Numbered from the stretch's first letter, positions 50,622-64,000 are shown. The stretch is 64,000 bases of DNA from Octopus sinensis (GCF_006345805.1 NC_043005.1:91202001-91266000); one strand, 5' to 3'. Numbers and translations: made by a program. Notes: generated from the sequence alone by a model not told the origin.

Positions 50622-52289
50622 TGTAAATAATGTACATAATTCCTCATCTCTTAAATATAGAACTGTATTAAAATTTTTAGTCCTTGATAGCCATGTATAA
50701 CGCTATTTTACCCTTCTTTGGAATTGTCAGCACGGCATAATTCAAGGCAAATGAATGAGCTAAATTAAACATTTTACAAAATTAGGCATTTCTTAAAATT
50801 TGACTTGGTACATGTTCATGCTTCCTGCTGTTCAATCATCTACCGTTTTCATGTGCCTCGACACATTTTCCAATATGCAGCATCAAGACTCGACATCATT
50901 CTTTTATTTTATCAAAGTGATAACGTCATTTAGTTGGTAAAATTTCTCCTTCTGGTAACTACATTCCATTCTTACAAAATGACAAAAATTTCCAACTGTT
51001 ATCAATGTTATATCAGCATAAAAATTTCTATAGCAAAATAAACAGAACTAATTTTAAAATAAGAAACATGCTACTGGTGAACTGAAGTCATTCACTTTTT
51101 TTCCCAGCGTTTTTTTGTGGGGTAGGCGTTCTTTTGCACATACCTTTTTTTGTATATGCGCTCATTTGTCGGCGTTCTTTTGTACATTCAATCTTTTGTC
51201 ATTTGCCCTTTTGTCGGCACCGTTTTATCTGGCATACTTATGCAATTTCACCTTGCGTACGATATCGCACCATGGTATTGAGCTCAAGGTTGTCATGGTT
51301 GCAGCAACGTTTTTTAACCTACAAGCTGTTACTATTTTTATCATTGTTTTGCCCCAGGTCAGCTATGATTGAGCAGACTTATGATCAAAGGCGTTCCAGC
51401 CATGGCCAACCTATTTTTATATTCAAGACCACATTATCCAAAGCGTCCCATTTTAAGATGGCATTTGAGATTTGTTGGAGATTAAGACATTTTTAGCAAA
51501 TCAAGTAATTGTCCTGAGTATGACCATAAACTGCATCCGGCAGTGGAGCCTTGGTTCGGAAGTTCCATGGTTTTGAGGAGTGTGGAACCATTTCTTAGCC
51601 ACTATTGTTCCCTGTCAGAGCTCCCAGCTGTAGGTTAATCAGCATATAAATCGAGATCAGCTGCGAATATGGCAAGTCTTAGCACCCGATCCGAGCCAGG
51701 GTTACGCTGATATTGTGAGATGCAACATGGTGGAAGTGAATTATTTTGGCAGATATGTTTATTGAATCGATGGTAAGTACATCATTGGACGCTGAGCGGA
51801 TGAGCAGACAACAAACCGTCAATGGCCAGGATGAACTAGTTGAGTTGGCGTACTGCAGCTATCATCTGTAGTCATGACGTATGCAGATGAAACTATGCAG
51901 CTATCCAAAGAACAATATGATTTACTGCCCCGGGCAAGTCGTCCGGTCGGATAATGATATATATATCCGGCCGGAGCAATGTTTCCCCATTCTTTATCTG
52001 TAGCGCCTCTGGCATTCTCACCGCCGTTGCCGGACAAATTTCGTCTGCTATTTCATAGTTGTGTATTTAAATACAGTACGTCCATAAGATATGTCATCTC
52101 CAGACGAATAATGCATTTAATTTGCCTTTTCGCGATGTATGATACACAGATAAATAAATGAGTAAAGGTGTAGAAACTGAACCGGTGTGTTAAAACAGAA
52201 TGACTCTCCCCAGACACCACAAAATATGCTTCAACACACGAATTCACATAAAGAATCTTGCAAACCAAATACAAAAACGAAATATAATA

Positions 52290-53050
52290 ATAATGTTTCC
52301 TGGTTAATATTATTTTTCTCAGGTTTTGTTGGAACTCTTGGAGCCTTGCATGCGTAGCGGGCTTGCTACTTGCAGCCTACGGTACAATACTGTTTGTTCT
52401 TTTCAACTACCTTAAATTTTTCTGGTTGTTCTAACTGTGCCAAGGAGGCAAACCTTTTGTAACAGTTCTACTGGACACTCTATTCCGATTTCTTTTATAT
52501 TCTTCTTGATGCCTTCTGATACTGTTCCCAAGGACCCAACAATAATTGGCACCATCTTCACCTTCTTCATTTCCCATAGCCGGGCTATTTCGTCCTTAAG
52601 AGGATTGTATATGTCTATTGTAACGCCTTCTTTCTTGGCTGTTCGTGGGTCAAAAGGGCACGCAACACCACTTACATAGCACGTGTGGTTCACCTTTCCA
52701 TAACCACTAGGTCTGACTTGTTATGCTCTAGCACCTGAGCTGTTTGGATTGAGAAATCCCACAGGATTTTGCAGATCTCAGACTCCGCCACTCTCTATGG
52801 TTCGTGCTCACACCACGTCTTGCCATTCTCTAGACCCCACTTTTCACATAGTTTCCAATGTATCACTTTCGCTACTTCATTGTGTCACAACAACGTATGG
52901 GTTTTGGGCAAGTCTAACGCATTCATTCTCGATATGAGCAATGGTTTCGTCCACTCTATAACATATGCGGCACAGTAGAGACACTTGCTCATTCCTAAGG
53001 TTGGCCCTCCAGTTTGTGGCTAGAGCTTGGTCTTGCACTGCCCGTATGGG
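52290..53050 (-). mobile_element. R4/Dong-like non-LTR retrotransposon 3' end (CCHC plus restriction-like endonuclease)
   Basis: AVQDQAL.T...CRIC...ETIAHIENEC, then RP...VACPFD...KK...Y..LK.EIARLW...VPIIVGSLG...LQKVCLLGT. Confidence 0.8.
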
Positions 53051-53109
53051 GAACGGAAAGAACTGAAAGAGAAAGCATGAAATATTTTAATAATAATTAT
53101 TATTATTAT

Positions 53110-53228
53110 CCTTTCTTCTATAGGCACAAGGCCTGAAATTTTGCGGGAAGGAGTAAGTCGATTACATCGATCATAGTACTCGACTGGTACTTATTTCATC
53201 GACCCCGAAAGGATGAAAGGCAAAGTCG
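53110..53228 (-). mobile_element. SINE B 3' fragment fused to the Gypsy integrase region
   Basis: Tail and core present, head missing; directly joined to Gypsy sequence (deletion junction). Confidence 0.75.
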
Positions 53229-53235
53229 GCGCATG

Positions 53236-56200
53236 TTAAGCTAGAAGAAACGGGCTATAATGAGCTTTACCGTGGCGGCTATGCCGGGATGCGACAAGGA
53301 ATGAAGAGCATCGAAAACGGTACGCTGATGATGATGTGAAACAAGCGGTCTAGGTGAGCCGGTAGAGATGTCACAAAGGATACGTCCTTCAGCAGACGGA
53401 AGGGGTAAGTATTCAAATCTGCAACGGGAAGAAGTGTCCAAAGAGTCCAAAGGAGGTTGGCCAGTGGCGATAGCAGCCAATCAATGTGTGCAGGAGACGA
53501 AAGTGAACACACAGGAAGTCTGGATAATGCATCAGCAGGTATGTTTGCAGATCCGGCTATATGACGAATGTCGCTGGTATATTGCGAGATGAAATCCAAG
53601 TGCCTGTATGTCCTCGGCGAGTATTTATCAGGCTTGGATTGAAGAGCGAATGTAAGAGGTTTATGATCTGTGAATACCGAGAACTCCCGACCTACTAGGA
53701 GATGACGGAAGTGTCTCACAGCAAGATAAACTGTTAAGAGCTATCTGTCAAAAGTACTGTAACGCTCTTCTGCTGGCTTGAGTTGACGTGAGAAAAAGGT
53801 AAGTGGTTGAGATTTCTGGTTGATGATGAGCTCTAAAACGGGGCCGACAGCGATCGTGGACGCGTCGACGGTTAGGGATAGTTTCACGTTTGCAGCAGGA
53901 TGACTGAGAAAAGAAACTTTAGCTGATTCAGACTTTACGGCTTGCAAGGTGTCAACAGAAAGGGAAATAGATGCGTCTTTCTTCTTCGTGAATTTCAAAA
54001 GTTGTGTCAGGAGAGATAACAGTTCGGGATAAAAGTTCTGTAAAAATTTATTAACCCCCAAAAGTGACGTACTTGTTTCAATGAAGTAGGGGGTACAATT
54101 TTCTGAATAGCATCGACTTTAGATGGGAGGGGTCGAATTCCCTCTGCGTCTATAAGATGTCCAAGGAATTCCAATGAAGTTTTACCGAATACACATTTAG
54201 CTGGCTTGATATTTACATGATACACTCGCAGACGTTGAAACTACTGAGATAGATATTGATGATGATGTTCAACTGTATCGCTGGCTACTAGGAGGTCATC
54301 TACATAAGCAAAACAAAATTCTGTCCGTATACGACTTCATCGATGAAGCGCTGAAATGTACTGGCAGCATTTCTCAGACCAAAAAGCCTAGACAGGAATT
54401 GGAATGAACAAAACGGGGTGGTTACGGCAGTTTTAGTTATATCTTCCGGGTTCATCGGGATTTGGTGCTACGCACGTACTAGATCCACTTTGTGCGACCA
54501 TGGAGAACATAAGAGAAATCCTTTAAGTAGGGTATAGGATAACGATCGGGCATGGTGATAGTATTAAGTCTCCCGTAATCACCAACAGGTCTAAAATCCG
54601 CTTCACTCTTCCGAGCTAAGTGTAGCGGAGATGCCCAAGGGCTAGTAGAAGGACGTATAAGACCGAGCTGGAGCATGTGCTTGAATTCAGCGTGGGCTTT
54701 CTTGAGCCTGTCTGGCGCTAATCTACAGGGACGAGAGAAAACGGGTGGGCTAGTTGTTGTAATAAAATGTTGAGTCGAGTGGACTGTCTGGGTAGGCTTA
54801 AATGAGAGATCTGTTAACTCGGGAATCGAGGCAAGAAGAGTATGGAACTGGTTACTGGCAGCAGCTACGAAAAATGATGGGCTGAGGATAGCAGTGATAG
54901 ATTCACATGTAGGCGTAGATAAAGATGTGGTAGTGTCCACAAGTCTCTGTTTCCTGACGTCTACCAAGAGCGAAAAGTGGTGTAAGAAGTCGGCCCCAAG
55001 GATAGGATGAGGCAGGTCGGCGATGACAAAAATCCATTTAAAACCTCGACGCAAGGTAAGGTCTAGCGTTAAGGATGTCTGACCGTAGGTTTTGATGGGA
55101 GACTGATTCACTTCATATAAGGAAATACTGGATAACTGTGGCTTATTAGAGCTGAACCGTGATGGAAAAATACTGCAGCTTGATCCTGTATCGACCATGA
55201 ACGACCTGTTTGAGACTAGGTCCCTAATGAAGAAGAACGATTAGCCGAAACGTTGTGAGAGAGGTCTGACGTGCCCAGGCCCTCCAGGTTCAGTTTTCCG
55301 ACATTTTAAAAACAGAAGGCTTGTTACATTGACGTGCCTTGTCATGAACACGTGCGTGGTACCAACACACCGAAGAATTATTGATTGAAAAACTGTTACG
55401 TCGTTGAGAAGAGAAAGAACGGCTTCGAGAACGCCGTCTAACACAACAGAATTGAGCTATTTGGCGCGTTAAACCATCGATAGCCTTCAACATAGCATCT
55501 CCATTTTTATTATCAGGCTGTTGTTATGAAGACGATGAAGCAATAACCGAATCAGCCGCGGTGGGTCTGTGAGAGAATTCCATTATCCTATCTGCAGATG
55601 AAGTGATTTGATTTTATAGTGTTGGTGTCAGCCATATTCGCCAATATCGTCTGTACATTAGTTGGTAAGCGGGAAAAAAAATAATCTTTTTACGAAGAAG
55701 CTGTCCGCATATGTATCGTCACTGAGTTCTCTGATCCGCCTAAGAAATTCCGAAGGAGTTCTTTCACCTAGGTTTTCATCCTGTAATAAAGCACGGAAAC
55801 GGCTTTCTGCTAATCAAAAATTCCTGCGTAGTATTTCTGTTTTCAAAGAATCGTAGGTCATGCCTTGTGGAAAGTCTGTGATGAAAGCTTTAACGGTGTC
55901 TGCTAAAATGGCGGGAATGCCACTAATAAGCACGTGTAGCATTTGTTGAGTGGCTTATATACCATGTGCTGTGAAGTAAGAATCAAGCTGTGCAAACCAT
56001 AGCTTAGCATCGCCAGAATAAGCTGGTATGGAAGTGTTACTCGTGATTATGACAAAAAACAGGCGTGATCAGTTGACTTTTTCCTTTGACGCGAAAGACA
56101 CGAAATTATTTCAAAACTAGAATATCAGAGGTGCTGGTGGAGCAAAGTAGAAATTACCTTGAAGAGTGTAGTTTGGCGTCGATTTACCACGTGCTGTGGG

Positions 56201-56627
56201 TTGCGTATTCAAAAATCGGGTTCACTATTTTGTAGCGACTATCGTGCTCTGACGTTGGGGTTACCATTTTATAGTGATGTCAATAAGTGACATCCTATAA
56301 TTTTTATAATTGCATGCGAGAAAGAGGGGTCACCATTTTGTACGTAAACGACAAGAAACTAAGCAATTTGTAAGACGTTCGTAATAAGTCATAACATATA
56401 AGGTTAATTGAGGGAAAAGCTTGTAACATCACATGAACATATTTTGCAACTACTCGAAGCAAATGAGGCGAACGTCCGCGTGTGCGGCTGTGCATGCGAG
56501 CGGCATGACTCAATGCATGTCTAGGAACCGACAGCAAGAGTGATTTCTTTATTTGCCTATAAAGGCCTTATAAAGATATAAATAAACACAAAGGTGGATC
56601 GGGGTCAAACAATGGATATGCATTACA
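53236..56627 (-). mobile_element. Ty3/Gypsy LTR retrotransposon, 3'-truncated and decayed
   Basis: gag (LWFAQLDSYF...RTPSEFLR), protease VDTGSS, RT (SPWASPLH, PVGDY, YVDD near 54300), RNase H (VDAS, FTDHKPL) and the start of the integrase zinc finger (H.LSHPG). Confidence 0.92.
56339..56627 (-). repeat. Gypsy 5' LTR (TG...CA) followed by a tRNA-Trp PBS
   Basis: Minus strand TGTAATG...GTACA-aaa-TGGTGACCCC; second PBS-like TGGTAACCCCAACGTCAG at 56249-56266. Confidence 0.6.
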
Positions 56628-56774
56628 GGGGAGGGGGGTTCATGCGTCTGTGATTACGAATGTAGAGTTAAAATGACAGAAATGTTATGTAATTAAAAAT
56701 TAATTATATATAATTAGGAATTTTACAAAATTTTCTTCCGGGTTTCATTTCAACCCGCCGACTTTAGACCTTTG

Positions 56775-59610
56775 TTTAACTTCTTTTTAGGGGAAGTAGG
56801 ATCGCTTCCTTCCTTCTTCTCCCTTGACCGGCTAGACCAGCACGGTCCCATTCATTCTCAACTTTCTTATCACGCTTATCTATCTTTTCTCATATACACT
56901 TTGGGGCAGGCACTTCCTCTCCAGACGGATTTTCCTTACGAGTTGAACCAACTTTCCAACCCCTGTTCGGAGATGAAGTGACCTGTTTCAATCCCTTTTG
57001 CGCGCGTCCTCCACACTGTCTCTTTCATTATGGCAACTACGCAGAAGAAAGCAGCCTTCCTTTCCTTGTTAAAGGAGGGAGGCGGTACAATCTTAACTAT
57101 GGACTCAGTCGAGAGCCCTACTCTTTCCCCATCCGACATGTCACCAGGCCCCTCAATTCCAAACAATGTACGAAGTCGTGCGCGACAGTTTCACTGACGT
57201 ACCCGCACCTCGGATATGTGGGAGGGGGTGTTGTAACCGTACCTTGATAACTTCTCTCGAACTGGTAAGGCCGAACGACAGCACAACCAGGCCAAGGATT
57301 TCTGGAAATTATCCAAATACCTCGGCCCGAATGTCCTCTCGAACAGGCTGGCTAGTTGTTCGTTATCCAAGTCCATTGACTCTCCCAGGTCGTCGTCAGA
57401 CTTAAACTCTACCAACCCTCTATAGAAATCCGCAGTGATAACCTCACTGCCGGTATTGCTCGCCCGAGGGAACAGGTTGAGTGCTTATCTGCACTCTCTC
57501 TGCCATTCCTTCATCTTAGGTCTCCGCCTGATCCATGTGCCTAAGTCCCTAAGGACTCCAATTGAGGAAAAAGCTGCTTGGCTTACTACTCACCATCCAG
57601 GTAGCGCCGAAGGTGCCTCAGCCTCAACGCATACTTGCGCATCATCAGCCAAGGCATCCCCAGTCCACCTTTAGCGGTTTCTGACAGCAAATGGAGCGCC
57701 TCAGAAGTAGTGGTTTCCCCTTCCACAAAAAGCTAAAAAGGATCCTTTCCAACCTGTTCAACCACAAACCGGGGCAATGTAGGACGGTTAGACGGTAGGT
57801 TATCACAGATGCTATAAACACCTGTGTAACCGCGGCCCTCCCTAGCAAGGATACCGACCTCCCAGACCAGGTCTGGATTTTGCCCGTCACCTTACTACCT
57901 CGCTCCAGTTTTTCTCCACCTGGAAGTCTAATGTAAACTAGACCCTGAGCAATTTAACCGGGCCCTCCGTCCAACGTCCGACGACGCTATTGGAAGGCAT
58001 CGACTTGCCACACCAGGTGCCGAGCTGAAAACCGACTGATTTTCCTGGTTAATTTTTGCCCCTGCCACTGCTTCGTATTCTTGGATGGCGTCTTCTACAC
58101 AAGGTAGCTGCCCTTCATCAGTCACGATGATGGTGACATCATCCGCATATACCGTTACACTTCTGCCATAACATAGATCACGTGGGTCTCCCCCAACGTC
58201 CCCAATCTCCGCAGTAGCGGCTCAAGAGCCAGTACATATAGGAGCGGGGACAGGGGACGGCCCTAAGGAACTGAACTGAACGGGCACGAGAAGAACTTGT
58301 TCACCCGGACAGCAGATTCGATGTTACAATACAAAGCTTCGATCCAGCTACGAAAGGTCGGGCCCAGTCCGCCACCAGATACCGACGGTCAACCCTATCG
58401 AATGTCTTAGACTGGTCTCTATGGTGTAGCAAATGAGATGAGGTTGTCGAATATCGTCCTTCATGGGATGGCGCATGTCTGCACCTCTCCTACCAGGTTT
58501 CCAACGACAATCTTCATTCTCTTCGCTAACACCTTGGCCAAAATCTTTAACTCTGTGTTTAGCAGAGTTATGGACCTAAAATTACTTACGTTATCCCCCT
58601 TGCTCGGGTCCTTTCTGATCAGTGTCACAACTCCTCGGTTCGCAGATTTGGGAATTCACCTATTCTGATGCCAATTCGCGTAAACACTGGCCAGTATGTT
58701 CCCGAACAAGTCTGGCATACATTTATAAAATTCGTAAGGTAGACCATCCAGTCCCAGCGACTTGTCTCCGGGATACTCGGAAAGTACCTCTGTGACCTCC
58801 TCAGCCGTGATCGACCCTTCACAGCGCTCATCATCTCGTGCCGAAAGACGCGGGCCGCTGGCCAGGAAATCCCGTAAGGCATCCCCATGGTCAAATGTCC
58901 CGCCCCCTCCGAACAACGCAGAAAAGTGCTCGTGAAATACCTTTCATATTTCCTCTTGTCCTTCGATTGCCTGTCCATGTTCCTTTGTCACAGACCTAAT
59001 CGTAGCATCCACGCCACGTTGGGTTTCTACCGAGCGAACCCACCTGGCAACGTTGATACTTTCGCGACCCAATGCACGTACTTGAGCCCGAACTTTGCAT
59101 CCTTCGTGTTTGGTATTGAGGTGTCGGTCTAAGGCCGATCTCGCCACCAAAACTTGGGATGCAGAGCCCACCCTCAGCGCCTCTTCTAATGCCTTAACTA
59201 AGCCCCTTTCTACTCTATTCTTCTCTAAACTTAACTGTTTACTAAATCTAATTGACTCAGTACGAATAGCTCTTTTGGGGGCACCCCACCACCGGTTATT
59301 TAACACAGTGCCGGTTAGTGCCCTCATAATTAACATCTTAATCTGGCTACAGTATGCTTTGCGATCCAGTAAGGATTTGTTCAACTTCCAATAGCCAGAT
59401 CCCTGTCTATGAGCCTTATCTGTTTGCAACCTACACGTCACTAATTTGTGATCCGTGTAGGGTACATAGGTAAATTGTGGACAACTTACACTAGACTTAT
59501 CTCTCGCATTAACTATGATCCTACCGACAGACAAGAGTGGCACGAAATTAGAAATGTGTTCCTGTATATAAGGGATGAACCGAAAGTCCCTGACTTCCAT
59601 GTCATCCGGA
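56775..59610 (-). mobile_element. Tx1/L1-clade LINE, 5'-truncated ORF2 (APE end, RT, zinc knuckle)
   Basis: TDHK...GYWKLNKSLL; KSLGLDGLPYEFY; KTFDRV; PLSPLLYVLALEPLL; YADDVT; W..RSVSLLGRA; PRCG...ETVAH...C; multiple frameshifts. Confidence 0.88.
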
Positions 59611-59879
59611 AGTTAATTGGAAGTTTCTAGAATGTTCGAGAATTTTCGAGAAGGTCGAGGGAGATTACTCTCGTTATATTCCTTTTTCGTTTTGTTCTCC
59701 CGCTTGACCGCCAGGGGTCACTACAGTGTCATACCACCACGTGGTACGTCTGAGACTTGCCGAAGGTACCACGCAGCGAGATTAAACCGGGGCCCACTTG
59801 GCTGAGTAGCAAACTTCTTATCACTCAGTCACGCTTGTGCCTATCCTAAACGGAAAAAAATATATAACAAGGTATATAA

Positions 59880-61145
59880 AATTATAGTTTAACTTCAGGT
59901 CACCAAAACCAAAAAAAAAAGAAAAAAACAGTCTAACAAGTGGGCAAAAATGTGTAGAGAATTAATATGGAAACAAAAATTTGCGCAAATGGGAAGTGGG
60001 GAGGTCATTTTCGGAAAATTCACACGATCCGATTTTTCCCGCATAACTTTTAGGAAAACGGATATATATTAATGAAATTTTAAAGAAATACCGTTCAAAT
60101 GGCATAGATTACGATTATAAAGAAATTTGTGGGGAAAATGCTTTCCGAAGGGGTGGGGGAGAGGACTGTCGGAAAATTCACACGATCCGCTTTTTTCTTT
60201 ATCATGCCGTTCGAAAGGCAATGGAGAGGTTTACTTGAAATCTGTCCTTCGTTTCATTTTCGATGTCGTCACATTTGAAAACTAGTGCTCGAGAATTCTA
60301 ATTTTGCTTACTATGAATGCATCAGCACTTTTCATTGTAACGATCAAAAGTCGGTTGAGTCCCTTCATTCACACGGAGTCTTACCAAACATAGTGATATG
60401 CCCTCATTGAAACAGCGATGGGAAAATGCCTCACTCTAACAATTTTGAAAATAGCACACATAGAAACATACACACACAAAACATTGAAAGACTTTGGAGG
60501 GACATAAAAGAATCAATCCAAAAGCCAGGAATTCGATTAAAATATCTGCAACAATATCTTGCAAGATATTTATTTATAACTTCTCAACATGAAGAAAGTC
60601 TGTTGCAGAAGTTCTTCATAGAGGCATTCAAATTGTACCTTCCTCTCTCGAACTCTTGTCGTCAATTAATTACCAACCAAGACGAGAGTATGTATATGTG
60701 TGATTGCGCAATTTTTTGCTTTCATATTCGTTTTCTACACATTTTTTTGCACCTAGTAGACAGTCTTTTTTTTTTTTCGCTTTGGTGACCGGGTGCTAAA
60801 CTAGATCCTTAAAGTTATGAGGGGGGAAAAAACTGATCGTGTGAATTTTCCGACAATCTTTTCCCCACCCCTTCTGAAAACATTTTCCCCGCAATTTTCT
60901 TTATAATCGTAATCTATGCCGTTTGAAAAGTGTTTCTGTAAAATTTCATCAAAAGATGTCCGTTTTCCCGAAAGTTGCGAGGAAAAAAAATCGGATCGTG
61001 TGAATTTTCCGAAAGTCCTTTCCCTCCCTCCCCGTTCGTTTGCGCAAATTTTTGTTTTCATGTTCGTCTTCTACACATTTTTTAAAACACCTATGAGACT
61101 GGGGTTTTTTTTTCTGTTTTGGTAACCGGGAGTTAAATTATATAT
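59880..61145 (+). mobile_element. Merlin/IS1595-like DNA transposon remnant with long imperfect TIRs
   Basis: Inverted arms ~59880-60200 and ~60815-61145; internal HS.NF....HTQNIERLWRDIK...YLQQYL, resembling the ISXO2-like DDE C-terminus. Confidence 0.7.
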
Positions 61146-62379
61146 TAACCAAAAAATTAAGGAATATCTGGATTTAACGAAGGAAATGCAAAATCAAATT
61201 AATGCAAAAATTCCATTCGGGGCTTATGTAGGAAGTTGCTTTACGCCAGGTCAAACACTGGTTTAGTAAACCTTTGATCGAAGACAATCCAGCCGTGATC
61301 GCAACATCTTGTTTTTAAGATCGCTAAATTTAAATATTGTTTTTAATTCGGTTAGGATTCGATGTTTTTTTATGGCTTTAGCAGAAGTTAGCTAATTTTG
61401 GACTACGTTATTCAATGTGACATTTCTTTTTGTAAGGCAAGTAGCAGATAATTTGATATTTGCTGTTATTTCTACCTGGTCGAGAGACAACTTTGAAACA
61501 AGAGTTCCAAATCTTTTTGACAGTGACTCATTTTGGTGAACCAAAGGACCTTCGTGATCTCGTTTCTCCAAATATTTTATTAAAAGCGAAAAAAATTTAT
61601 AAAATGTAATAAAATTAATATCCCATATTTTTTCTTAGTGAAGGCGTATGGGTTCTTTATTGATCCGGGTGACTTGTATTTTGCTAATGTACCTAAGTAC
61701 AACGAGAACTAATAGAGTACTAGCGCATCCCGTTCTGCCTCCTACATTCTGGATGTTCCGTTGGGTGGAAAGGGCTAACTGAGTGTACCTATGCCTATTA
61801 GCTCTATTACTTAGGTGCCTAAAACCATTAGTGAGAGCGCGATAAATATTTGTTGCTCATACTAGGTTGCCAGTGACGTTTGTAATTTAGTTAGATACAT
61901 CTCTTAAGGGAACATTCCTTGGTTTGGTTTGCAGTAAATGCGGATTTTTTTTCTTTTGCTTTTCAATCATTGTGCTTTTGTTACGAGTGCTACTTAGAGG
62001 ATTAAACTTTGTAACTGAATAAGCAAGCATCCTGGTTTAAATTTCAGGTTGAAACTACTTCATTTATATCGTTATAAATCTATAAACGTGCGCGCTTCTC
62101 TATTTTATAGATTGTCATTAACGCTAGAATATGTGTATATACACGACTTATTATATAACAAATTCATGCACATTTTATATTTTATCAAACATTTCAATAG
62201 TAAAAGGTAGTCTTCGCAACTCTTTCATTGTGATTATAATGTAACCAAAGTTGAATTACAACCTATAGATTGGAGAGCGATAGCTTTAGAAAAATTAGTA
62301 TCGAACAGTAAAGCTTACTGAATAAGACAAATATACTTATATTAGACAAATATACTTATAAGCTCCTGCATAATGTTCG

Positions 62380-62520
62380 TCTACCAAATTTCACTTACGG
62401 AGTGCTCATCAACACAAGGTCATTGTAGTGAATACTTGACCAAGGTGCCACGCAGTGCGTTTGAACTCGAAACCACGAAGTTGACTGCAAAACGACCTTC
62501 TTAACTACACAGTTATTTCT
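62380..62520 (-). mobile_element. Degenerate SINE A head
   Basis: ACTTGACCAAGGTGCCACGCAGTG...GAACTCGAAACCAC. Confidence 0.55.
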
Positions 62521-64000
62521 GCGCCTTTAGATTCTCTCTCTCTCCCTCCCCTCTCTCTCTCCTCCCCCTCCGCCCTCTCCCTGCTTCTATAGCAACCATC
62601 ATTTCTATTTCTTGTTTGTTTGTTTTTATTTAATCAGAGTATATTTGTTGTAAATATTGTTGCTAGAGTCACACGATACCAGAGTGTACAGTTCTAAGTT
62701 GAAACCGCATCACTTGCATAATTATAGGTGCATGGATATCACAACGTGCACGCATCCCTTTTCTATGAAATGTCATTAAAGCTAAACTATGCGAATAAAC
62801 ATTGTCTTTGTAAATAGATTGATAACATTTTTTTTCTTCAAATATTATTGTGAAGCCTTAACAATGTATGAAAGGGGTTATTAAGAAGTTGTGATGGTTA
62901 TACTTTCCGCAATAATGTGGAATTATAGATGAGAAAGAATCGAGAAAGAGATAAAAAAAAGAAACAAAACATGAAATTTTAAAATGATAGAGAGAAAGAA
63001 GAAGGAAAAAATGAATAAGATAAGAAATAGAGAGAGGCAGGGGATGGCATGGGGATGAAAATTAGGGCGAGAATTTGGGAGAGAACAATATAAATAAAAG
63101 GAGAACGAAAGAACGATTTAATACAAGGAAGAGAAGAGACGTAAAAATAAAATAAAGGGTAAAGAAAGAGAAAACCGCTAAGAGTGAACGAAAGTGGGTG
63201 TTGCACTTTTAGAAAGGCAGAAGGAAAAAGCAATAAGAATGAGAGAATGATAGAGAGAAAGAGTGAATGAAATAGCTAAGATGTCAGTGGTCGTTGAAGT
63301 GGTTACTTGGGAACTGTACTAACTGCTACTTTAGTTTTGATAAGATACCGTGCTTCCTTCAGATGTGTAGAAGAAGGATTCTAGTGGTCTTTTTTTAGTT
63401 TCGTCTTCACTTTCATTTTGATTGTGTATTTGGAGGTGTGTGTGTGTGTCCCACTCTCTCGTACGGCACTTCGCTCTGATTAGATCGTTTGGTGAGAAAC
63501 GGTAACAACCACTCAAGGTTACACAGTTGCATAGCCTTCTTGTCTGTTTTCAAAGACAAAAATTAACGGTGTCTTATTGTAATTGAGTCTGACCAAAAGC
63601 TGACCATACCAGGAATTATAAAGGTGGGTACGTAGCGGATAACGGTTTTTCTTTATCTATTGTTTTTTTCGTCGTTTAATTAATTTTTTTTTTAAATCAA
63701 CCAACTCCAAATATTCTGTTTAATTGAGTCTTAAGTTTTAAAGCTTCATTTAATTAATAAAGCAGTTCTTACAGCGTAAAAGAGGGGAGTTCATAGTTAC
63801 GTACACATAGGTAACGAATACGTTTAAGTTTACCTTTATTACTCATACATTTATAATGTACGCGTGTATATGGTATGAATATATGTTCATGCAGGCTGCT
63901 GGAAAAATCATTCAACATTTACAACGTATGCAGGCAGATTGGCCATGTGTCTGTCTCCCAACGTTCTTAGTATATATTATACCTAGTACTAACCATGCAA

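Noticed and set aside
53321-53355. CTGATGA...GAAA on the + strand
   Set aside because: No stem II pairing, and it lies within antisense Gypsy coding sequence; chance match.

Overview
AT-rich, microsatellite- and transposon-saturated animal genomic DNA, most likely an octopod cephalopod (inferred from the tRNA-derived SINE families and repeat landscape; not database-confirmed). The only host gene I can support is a + strand APEX1 (ExoIII-family AP endonuclease). Seven coding exons at 29327-39143 join in frame with GT-AG introns; the ATG-bearing first exon is not identified. The rest is decayed mobile DNA: three Penelope-like remnants, a maT (DD37D) and a mariner remnant, non-autonomous Helitrons, MITE/foldback elements, RTE, R4-like and Tx1/L1 LINE pieces, a truncated Ty3/Gypsy with its 5' LTR, a Merlin-like element and at least three SINE families. 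Almost all ORFs in the supplied track are microsatellite or TE artefacts. The most notable unannotated signals are: (i) three hammerhead-ribozyme-like motifs (4957-5024 +, 17045-17142 +, 17212-17274 -) next to (TA)n tracts and/or Penelope ends; (ii) a locally copied inverted composite repeat bracketing two APEX1 exons (circRNA/ADAR geometry); (iii) an old direct repeat on both sides of APEX1 that gives filled and empty TE sites; (iv) a ~9.6 kb stack of TEs all on the minus strand.
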